Below, in pieces: positions 21,625 through 28,812 of a stretch of DNA of 51,981 bases (position 1 is its first letter; each line of letters begins with the position of its first letter). The position numbers and the translations under genes are program-made. The DNA is taken from the NCBI GenBank assembly GCA_030430915.1, contig JAUIKH010000001.1, positions 1 to 51,981 of the forward strand, in the 5' to 3' direction. The notes under the pieces are model-generated. The model searched no databases and was not told where the DNA came from. It saw only the letters and a program-made list of their open reading frames with translations. The stretch comes from a bacterium (GTDB taxonomy: Bacteria; Patescibacteriota; Saccharimonadia; Saccharimonadales; SZUA-47).

Positions 21625-22219
21625 TTACTAATAAATCTACCACATCGGGCCAGCTCTCACACCTAATAACTCCTGTCGGGGCAGTCTTGTTCCACCCATA
21701 ATTTCCAAACAATATTGCATTCACCCCATTTTTAATTGCAGACTCGCAGTGCACAGGATTATCATCAATTAAATATTTTGTATCCAAATCACGGCATAAC
21801 TCACCTTTAGATTTGTCCTTTTTATGTCCGGCAAAATACACTTCCAGGTCTAAATTAGGTAAATTACTCCTCACCCATGCATCTGTAGATTTTTGAAATT
21901 TCTCTTGCTTGCGCGAAGTAACCAAAATCAAACTATATTTTTTAGACAATTCACCTAGCGCAAACTCCGCTCCAGCCAGCAGCGGCATATTTTCATGGTT
22001 ATTTGTCTTACTAATCAACCTTTCTTCGATTTCCTGATAATCAACATTAACATTTTTAGATTGCCAAACAGCTTCATAGTACCCCCAATAATCGGCCTCT
22101 ACGGACCTATAGTCATCAGGCTGCAAATCAATGCCTAAATGATTATTAACTACCAGCCTAATTGTCTCAGTTGAATCACTTATTACATCGTCAATGTCTA
22201 CCGCTATTTTTGGCTTCAT
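21608..22219 (-). CDS. HAD-superfamily hydrolase (5'(3')-deoxyribonucleotidase-like)
   Basis: 203-aa ORF with IAVDIDDVIS (DxDxV/T motif I) and a late YLIDDN motif. Overlaps both neighbouring genes by a few nt. Confidence 0.6.
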   Translation of the reverse strand: MKPKIAVDIDDVISDSTETIRLVVNNHLGIDLQPDDYRSVEADYWGYYEAVWQSKNVNVDYQEIEERLISKTNNHENMPLLAGAEFALGELSKKYSLILVTSRKQEKFQKSTDAWVRSNLPNLDLEVYFAGHKKDKSKGELCRDLDTKYLIDDNPVHCESAIKNGVNAILFGNYGWNKTAPTGVIRCESWPDVVDLLVNERAE

Positions 22220-24084
22220 AAACTAGACTGTATGACTCGAGATTTTGCCTCGTTTACCACTGTATTTATAAACTGTTCGTAGTGAAGCTCTGGATGTGTA
22301 TCTATCACAGATATATCTTTTCTGACTCTAGGCGTGACAATACCATTTGAGATTTCTTTTTCTCCTATAACTATTGAGTATGGCACTTTAGCCACTTCAG
22401 CTTGCCTAATTTTCTTGCCAACAGATTCATTGTCATTATCTGTATAAGTTCTAATACCCTTTTTCTTGGCATATTCAGCAATTTTTGCAGCCATTTCTAG
22501 TGTTGGCTCTTCTTGGTTAACAGTTATGATCCGCACCTGCTCAGGAGCCAACCATATCGGGAACTTTCCGGCTGTATGCTCAATATACACACTCAAAAAC
22601 CTCTCGAATGACCCTGCTATAGCAGCATGAATCATCACTATTCTTTCTTCTTCACTTTTTTCGTTTATACAAAATAGATCAAATCTTTCAGGCTGGTTAA
22701 AGTCTAGTTGAATGGTTGCAACTTGATGCTCTCTACCGATAGCATCCTTAGCTTGAAAATCAATCTTTGGACCATAAAAAGCAGCCTCTCCAACACCGAT
22801 AGTCGTTTCTTTTCCAACTCTTTCTGTTACAAGTTCCGTTAACGTTTTTTGAGCATCTTTCCATAACTTAATGTCACCTAAATATTTTTCTGGTTCATCA
22901 GGGTCCATAAAAGATAATTCAGCCCTAACTTCCATGCCGAAAACACCATAAAACCTCTCGATAATATCCCAAATTTTTAGAGCTTCTTCTTTAATTTGAT
23001 CACTTCTGCAGAATACATGTGCATCATCCTGAGTTATTGATCTTACTCTTGATAATCCTCCAAGCTCACCAGATTGTTCATCTCTATAAACCATTGTGGT
23101 ATTACTAAAGCGTATCGGCAGCTCTCTATAACTATGCGGTTGGGATGCGTAAATTTGTGTATGATGTGGGCAGTTCATTGGCTTCATTACAAATTCATGA
23201 CCTTCTCTAGTTGTCATACTAAATAGTTCATCTCCGAATTTTTCCCAATGACCACTTGTCTCGTACAAGTCTTTTTTAGTTATATGAGGTATATCAACCG
23301 GCAAATAATCATATTCTGACCTTAACTCTTGCACAAAATCATCTAAAGCCCGCCTAATTACAGTTCCTCTAGGAGTCCACAAAGGCAATCCTTGCCCTAC
23401 AAGATCCGAGAACACAAACAAATCCATTTCCTTACCAATCTTACGATGATCTCGCTTCTTGGCCTCTTCTAGCATTTGTAAGTGCTTGTTTAATTCTTCT
23501 TTGGTTTTAAATGCTACCCCATATAGTCTCTGCATTTGCGGATTCTTCTCATCACCCCGCCAATAAGCACCAGCAACTCTCATTAGTTTAAAAGCACCAA
23601 CTTTACCTGTACTTTCCACGTGAGGGCCCCTGCACAGATCTGTAAAATCACCATTTGTATAAAAAGAAACATCTCCAATTGCTACTTTTGACCCAGCTGC
23701 ACCTTGTATTCCTGAAGGCAAACCCATCATGGCCGCCTCCAATTCTTTAGCTTTTGTCGTGCCTTCTCTGTTCAAATCATTCAGCAACTCTTCTTTATAT
23801 GGCTGCTTATTAGATTTGGCCCATTTTAGAGCTTCATCTATCGATTTGTGTGATAATTCAAAAGTTTGATTCTGATTTATTACACTTCTCATTTCTTTTT
23901 CAATTTGCTTGAAATCATCTTCAGAGATAGTTGTCTCTGGTATATCTATATCGTAATAAAATCCATTCTCAACAACAGGCCCAACACCTAATTTTGCTTT
24001 AGGCCACAATTTCATTACAGCAGTTGCCATTATATGAGCCAAACTATGCCTCATTGCATACATTTCATCTGTGTTTTTACTCAC
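22216..24084 (-). CDS. thrS: threonine--tRNA ligase
   Basis: 622-aa ORF. Motifs: RHSLAHIMA (editing/second additional domain), class II core FRDEQSGELGGLSRVRSITQDDAH, GSFERF. C-terminal anticodon-binding domain. Confidence 0.95.
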   Translation of the reverse strand: MSKNTDEMYAMRHSLAHIMATAVMKLWPKAKLGVGPVVENGFYYDIDIPETTISEDDFKQIEKEMRSVINQNQTFELSHKSIDEALKWAKSNKQPYKEELLNDLNREGTTKAKELEAAMMGLPSGIQGAAGSKVAIGDVSFYTNGDFTDLCRGPHVESTGKVGAFKLMRVAGAYWRGDEKNPQMQRLYGVAFKTKEELNKHLQMLEEAKKRDHRKIGKEMDLFVFSDLVGQGLPLWTPRGTVIRRALDDFVQELRSEYDYLPVDIPHITKKDLYETSGHWEKFGDELFSMTTREGHEFVMKPMNCPHHTQIYASQPHSYRELPIRFSNTTMVYRDEQSGELGGLSRVRSITQDDAHVFCRSDQIKEEALKIWDIIERFYGVFGMEVRAELSFMDPDEPEKYLGDIKLWKDAQKTLTELVTERVGKETTIGVGEAAFYGPKIDFQAKDAIGREHQVATIQLDFNQPERFDLFCINEKSEEERIVMIHAAIAGSFERFLSVYIEHTAGKFPIWLAPEQVRIITVNQEEPTLEMAAKIAEYAKKKGIRTYTDNDNESVGKKIRQAEVAKVPYSIVIGEKEISNGIVTPRVRKDISVIDTHPELHYEQFINTVVNEAKSRVIQSSL

Positions 24085-24613
24085 TTACTTTCCTCCATAC
24101 ATTAAACTCTCTATTATCTTCTAACTCTGTTTCAAAAAGCTCATATCCCAGTCTTTTTGCTATACTGTTGCTCGCAATATTATTAGGTTCTGCTTTTATT
24201 ATAATCTCTTTAATTCCTAGATTATTAAACCCAAAATCACCAATAGTTTTAGCCGCTTTAGAGGTAATACCCTTTCCTGAAACATCTTCAGCTATCCAAT
24301 AGCCAATTTCTGGCCTTTTACCCTCTTCTAAGTTCATTAGACTAATGTGCCCGGCCAAAGCTCCTTCAACATACATTCCAAAACCATAGCCTAACCCTTG
24401 GGCTCTTTCATCTTCAGTCTTTTTGATAAATTCTAGGGAGTCTTCGGTAGATGTCGTTTGATTAACCCAAGGCAAAAAATTACCTAAATACTCTCTGTTG
24501 CCGTCAACTAAAGAAAACAAAGACTCAGCATCAGCTCTACTTAAGCTCTTTAACGTCAAGTTGTCATCTACATTTAATTGCTCGTATGAACCAGGCACAA
24601 GGCTTTCGCTCAT
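24077..24613 (-). CDS. GNAT-family N-acetyltransferase (RimJ/RimL-like)
   Basis: The start is set at ATG 24613 (MSESLVPG...) because AAGGAG lies 7 nt upstream. The GTG at 24643 used by the ORF track lies inside a terminator stem. Motif YWIAEDVSGKGITSKA. The 3' end overlaps thrS by 8 nt. Confidence 0.8.
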   Translation of the reverse strand: MSESLVPGSYEQLNVDDNLTLKSLSRADAESLFSLVDGNREYLGNFLPWVNQTTSTEDSLEFIKKTEDERAQGLGYGFGMYVEGALAGHISLMNLEEGKRPEIGYWIAEDVSGKGITSKAAKTIGDFGFNNLGIKEIIIKAEPNNIASNSIAKRLGYELFETELEDNREFNVWRKVSE

Positions 24614-24631
24614 TTCAGTCTCCTTTAAATT

Positions 24632-24808
24632 ATAAAAACGCACTCTAATAGCATTTATTGCTATCTTGTGCGTTCCGGGCCCAATATTATAGGCTGTTCC
24701 ACCGAAATCTTTCTCTCTTACAGTTTACGTAAACACACGTCCTCTGATAAACCCCGTGAAGCTCCATGGGTGGTGAGTCCACTTCTTAGCTATGACTTAA
24801 TTATAGCA
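24632..24808 (-). promoter_or_regulatory. candidate T-box-like transcription-attenuation leader of the GNAT-thrS operon
   Basis: All on the minus strand. Extended -10 TGCTATAAT (24808-24800). Hairpin 24782-24756 with loop ACCACCCAUG. GGUGGAAC (24703-24696) as a 7-nt bulge UGGAACA between helices UUUCGG/CCGGAA and GCC/GGC. Terminator CGCAC..GUGCG plus UUUUU (24672-24632). Confidence 0.5.
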
Positions 24809-25281
24809 CCTAATAAGTATTAGTATATAGCCTGTAATCCTTGGATTTCTATTGTCCAAATTAAATACAATTTAAATCATATTTAAATATGATTTTATAC
24901 ATAACAACAGGCAATATATTGATATGACCGTAGCTTAACCACTGCTACACCAAAACAGTAGCCAGACTGTTTTCCCCAAAGGCTAAAGCCTTTTAATAAT
25001 CATACTTTTTGCTCCAGGTCCAAAAGTACGCAAAATTCGCTGTACAGCGAACCGCTCCCAGGCAACAAGCTTGTAAAACAACCCTATATCATAATCACTT
25101 TTAAAATAGACTAGTCCTGCGGAACTCACTGTCTATAAGACAGATCAAACAGTCCTCGCCCTAATCTCTTTAAAAGTTGATTATGTTATAAGGCGTTTTA
25201 GCCCGATGGAGATCAAACATCTAGTAGATGTTTAGCCGGCTGGTAGCTTTGTAGCCAAGCAGACCATAAAGAAGAATAACT

Positions 25282-25917
25282 TTAATCAATGAGTAAGCTT
25301 AGAATTTCATCGGACTTCTTTTTACTAAGTTCTAAAATTGTTAGTTTATGCTTATCAAGTACTTTATCCGTAATCCAAGTTCCAACTTTATAGACTATCC
25401 ATCGTTCCTTAATTTTTGGGTGATAGAACTTCCAATCTCTATATTTCTCTTCAAAATCCTTATTACTTATATGTTCTAACTTTTTGAACCATAGCTCCAA
25501 GTTTTTTTCTGGTACATTTCTATAATCTCCGTACGGTTGCCAAACTCCACAGTGTTCTCTTTCAAAAACTGTTGCCATGCCTTCGTATATAACATTATCT
25601 AGAGCCGAGAACGGACCAGTAGTGCCTGTAAAGTTCTGAAGTACATGAAATGCTTCGTGAAATATCGTAGGCTTGATATCTCTTATCTGTTTGTTTTTGT
25701 CTTTAAATTTTGGATCAATAGAAACCGTAATAGTATCAGGTGAATAAGCAAAACCACCAATGCCACTTTCTGGAATAATCCCAAAATCACTAAAGTAAAT
25801 ATTTATTGTTTTAGGTAGACCAGGTAGCAACTTGCAAACTTCTCTGTATGACTCATCTATACTTTTTTCAAAATTCTTGTCTGTTTTCTCGTTGTGATAG
25901 TAAATTATCTTTATCAT
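25282..25917 (-). CDS. predicted Zn-dependent peptidase (DUF2268-like, HExxH)
   Basis: 211-aa ORF with TIFHEAFHVLQN (HExxH) and YEGMATVFE. Flanked on both sides by ~640 bp without ORFs. Confidence 0.6.
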   Translation of the reverse strand: MIKIIYYHNEKTDKNFEKSIDESYREVCKLLPGLPKTINIYFSDFGIIPESGIGGFAYSPDTITVSIDPKFKDKNKQIRDIKPTIFHEAFHVLQNFTGTTGPFSALDNVIYEGMATVFEREHCGVWQPYGDYRNVPEKNLELWFKKLEHISNKDFEEKYRDWKFYHPKIKERWIVYKVGTWITDKVLDKHKLTILELSKKKSDEILSLLID

Positions 25918-26554
25918 AAACTTACTATACCAAAAACAGAAAAACTACCTCTATAGATCAAGCGCAGACAAGGTTATGCACCATCACTGAAAAGGCTTTA
26001 GCCTTTAGTGGAATATAGCTCCTTATAATCCTGCAGCTACCCCAGCCATAAAACAAGAATACCGATGATTTATAAATAATCTATTTTAAGAATCAAGCAG
26101 TAAGCTAATCCAAAAGTTTTCTACTCTTAAGCTACTTTTGGGCACCTTTAGGTGTTCTTACTGCGCTTAAAACAGTTATTTATATTCATAGTGCTATTCT
26201 TGTCGGGCTGGCAGTTTTGGCTTCCGTTTTGCTGTCAAAACGAAAGAAATATATCAATGGCTTACAACCATAAAAGTGCTATTTAATTCAAAAGTCTTAC
26301 GTTGTTAACCTAAAAATAAAAACATCGTGTCCTCTCGCAAATAGACACGATGTTTTCGTCTGGAGCTTTTATAAAAACCGCTCCCAGAACTCCCTCACTG
26401 CCAATATATTACAGCAAATAGTACTATAATGCTAGTAGATTTTTGCTGGCTTTATCCACACACTGTGGGAAAAAAATAATATATCATAAGCGGTATAATT
26501 TTTTGATATATTTGATAACAACACCTTAAATGATATAATTTACAAGTATTTCAG

Positions 26555-26631
26555 GGGCGATTAGCTCATTTGGCTAGAGCGCTACATTGACGTTGTAGAG
26601 GTGGCAGGTTCGAATCCTGCATCGCCCACCA
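26555..26631 (+). tRNA. tRNA-Val (anticodon GAC), CCA encoded
   Basis: Hand-folded cloverleaf. Acceptor GGGCGAT/ATCGCCC, D arm GCTC..GAGC, anticodon arm CTACA-TTGACGT-TGTAG, T arm GCAGG-TTCGAAT-CCTGC, then A-CCA. An extended -10 TGATATAAT lies at 26531-26539. Confidence 0.9.
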
Positions 26632-26663
26632 TAAGATTATAATTAAGTCTAGGAGCTAAAGTA

Positions 26664-26852
26664 ATGAACAGTTCTACAGAATACCCTGACATAGATGCGC
26701 AAAACGAAGCTGCGAGAATAAGAAGCGAGAAGACCGGAAAGCCCTTTCATGAAACAGTTTCAGTAAGAGGAATGGCACGAGCTGTTGAGCAGACTCGAAG
26801 CCTCCTGGAACCCGTGGAACGACCTAACCCAGATCCTAAACCAGATAAATAA
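26664..26852 (+). CDS. small hypothetical protein (62 aa, charged)
   Basis: TAGGAG lies 8-9 nt upstream of the ATG. The ORF ends 1 nt before the convergent tgt stop. No motif recognised. Confidence 0.45.
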   Translation: MNSSTEYPDIDAQNEAARIRSEKTGKPFHETVSVRGMARAVEQTRSLLEPVERPNPDPKPDK

Positions 26853-26853
26853 C

Positions 26854-28086
26854 CTACTCCTTCTGATACCCCTCACATACCCTCATCATATACCGCAAAT
26901 TATGTATCGATGCCAAAGTTCCAGCCAAAGGCTCTTTAACTTTAAACTGATGACGTAAAAAAGCTCTACTAAACCCTTCTGAGCAAGCGTAACAATCACA
27001 ACCTTCTTCTATAGGCCTATTGTCAACCTCATATTTCTTATTAGTTAAAATCATCCTTTCCGTACTAGCTTCATTAATGGCGGACTCGTAGGGCTGTACA
27101 GTCTGGGATGGAGTTCGAGTATTGCCGCGAAGTCGTACATTAGGCACGGCTAGTGACGAAGCCACAGAACTACGCCCAGAATGTGCACCCTCACGTGTTC
27201 GCCACACCATGCCGTGTCGTGCATTGCGTGTAGGTAGCACACAATCCAGCATATCAATCCCGTTATCAACTGCTATCCGTAAATCTTCAGGAGTTCCTAC
27301 CCCCAATAAAAACCTGGGTAATTTCTTGTCATACAGAGGAGCTAAAGCTTCAAGTACTCTTTTCATCTCTTCTCGACTCTCACCAACAGATAAGCCACCA
27401 ATTGCAACACCGTCTACACCACTTTTTTGAACAATTTCTAAACTCTCTCTACGCAAACCTAGATCTAACCCACCCTGAACTACACCAAAAAGCATTGGTC
27501 GCTTGCTCTGTTCCATGTCCTTAGTAAGCTTTTTAAACACTGAAACGCATCTATCTAGCCATCGGTGCGTCCTATCAAATGCATCTTTAACTTGCTCATC
27601 TGTTGCCCTGTCTAGCCCAATTAAATGATCAAATGCTACTATCATATCAGCACCTAAATCTAGCTGTATTTGTATCGATTTTTCAGGTGTTATAAAGCGC
27701 TTATCACCATTTAGTGGGTTCTTAAATTCCACCCCTTCTTCATTTATTTTTACATGCTTATCTAGAGAAAATATCTGAAACCCTCCAGAATCAGTTAGAA
27801 TTGGTCCTTTTCTATTAGAAAATTTATGTATCCCACCCAACTCCTTAATAACGCTCTCTCCAGGCTGTAAATGTAAATGATAAGTATTAGCTAAAACAAC
27901 ATCCACCCCTGTACTTTCTACCTGCTCAGGAGTTAAACTTTTAACAGCTCCTCTGGTGCCATCTGGCATAAAAGTCGGGGTTTTTACCTTGCCCGCTCGT
28001 GTATTAAGCACACCAGACCGACCATATTGTCCGAATGTAAAATTTTCAACAAAATTATTGTTCATAACAGAGGTATAGTATAGCAC
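26854..28086 (-). CDS. tgt: queuine tRNA-ribosyltransferase with a lineage-specific ~45-aa insertion
   Basis: 410-aa ORF. Motifs: TPTFMPDGT, LTDSGGFQ, GGLSVGE, LPTRNARHG, Zn site CDCYAC..H. The true start may be the downstream MNNNF. Confidence 0.9.
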   Translation of the reverse strand: MLYYTSVMNNNFVENFTFGQYGRSGVLNTRAGKVKTPTFMPDGTRGAVKSLTPEQVESTGVDVVLANTYHLHLQPGESVIKELGGIHKFSNRKGPILTDSGGFQIFSLDKHVKINEEGVEFKNPLNGDKRFITPEKSIQIQLDLGADMIVAFDHLIGLDRATDEQVKDAFDRTHRWLDRCVSVFKKLTKDMEQSKRPMLFGVVQGGLDLGLRRESLEIVQKSGVDGVAIGGLSVGESREEMKRVLEALAPLYDKKLPRFLLGVGTPEDLRIAVDNGIDMLDCVLPTRNARHGMVWRTREGAHSGRSSVASSLAVPNVRLRGNTRTPSQTVQPYESAINEASTERMILTNKKYEVDNRPIEEGCDCYACSEGFSRAFLRHQFKVKEPLAGTLASIHNLRYMMRVCEGYQKE

Positions 28087-28127
28087 GCACTATTGACTTT
28101 TTTATCTCTTTATGTTAACATAAGCAC

Positions 28128-28318
28128 GTTAAGGTGAGGTATGTGTGAAAAACACGTCGAACACGCTTGACGGCTTCAGACTCTTTTATGAAGAGTTGAC
28201 GTCAGTTCAGTTGCAACGCAACAGAGTTAGACGACCAAGACCAAGCCGTCAAAAGCGAACTTAACGGTTAGAGTGGACGACCGGGATCCCTTCTGTTTTT
28301 ACAGAGGGGATTTTTGTT
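28128..28318 (+). ncRNA. candidate structured RNA (~190 nt) or leader upstream of nrdR
   Basis: TTGACT (28093-28098), 17 nt, TAACAT (28116-28121). Nested helices CGTTAAG/CTTAACG (28127-28133 / 28260-28266) and GCTTGACGGCTT/AAGCCGTC-AA-AAGC (28165-28176 / 28243-28256). Apical hairpins. Terminator ATCCCTTCTG..CAGAGGGGAT plus T-run (28286-28318). Confidence 0.35.
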
Positions 28319-28380
28319 TACCACACCCTTTCACTATTTATCCACTAGCATTATGTCTTGCGTTATGTCAATATATTGTC

Positions 28381-28779
28381 ATGGTATGCCCTTATTGCAA
28401 TAGTGATACGAAAGTTACAAACAGCCGAGCACGCCTACATGGTACTCAGGTGTGGCGTAGACGAGTTTGTGTTAGCTGTGACAGCATATGGTCAACTCAT
28501 GAAATAATTGATCTTTCTACAAGCCACAAAGTCTTAAGCCGTACAGGGCAACTTCAACCATTTTCTAGGGATAAGCTACTGTTTAGCGTAAAAAGCTCGT
28601 TAAGACACCGAGAAACAGCTGAAAAAGATTCTACCGCCCTTACAGATACTATATTTGGCAAAATCCTATCATTAAAATCTCCAACTATTAAAACGACCCA
28701 AATTATAAAGATATCAGCTCAAGTAATTGGAAACTTTGACCATACAGCCGGCGAAGTATATAAATCACTTTACACTTGA
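28381..28779 (+). CDS. nrdR: transcriptional repressor NrdR
   Basis: The start is set at ATG 28381 (MVCPYCNSDTKVTNSR..VWRRRVCVSCDSIW, a Zn ribbon) followed by an ATP-cone-like region. The 36 upstream codons in the ORF track run through a terminator and are rejected. Confidence 0.85.
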   Translation: MVCPYCNSDTKVTNSRARLHGTQVWRRRVCVSCDSIWSTHEIIDLSTSHKVLSRTGQLQPFSRDKLLFSVKSSLRHRETAEKDSTALTDTIFGKILSLKSPTIKTTQIIKISAQVIGNFDHTAGEVYKSLYT

Positions 28780-28812
28780 AGAGACAAAACAATAAGCCCA
28801 ACTACCAACAGT

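Noticed and set aside
24614-24643. GTG-initiated 10-codon N-terminal extension of the GNAT gene
   Set aside because: The GTG lies inside the terminator stem. An AAGGAG is correctly spaced before ATG 24613.
26452-26460. Consensus DnaA box TTATCCACA (and an 8/9 match, TTATCCACT, at 28338-28346)
   Set aside because: These are isolated single boxes. At this window size, chance occurrence or incidental DnaA titration sites cannot be excluded, so they are not evidence of an origin.
28128-28318. SRP (4.5S) or 6S RNA identity for the structured RNA upstream of nrdR
   Set aside because: It lacks the helix-8 GNAR tetraloop and the AGCA/GGAA loop motifs of SRP RNA, and its internal loops are one-sided, unlike the 6S central bubble. 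It is left as an unassigned candidate.
28273-28380. 36-codon N-terminal extension of nrdR in the ORF track
   Set aside because: It reads through a strong terminator. NrdR proteins begin with the MxCPxC zinc ribbon, found at ATG 28381.
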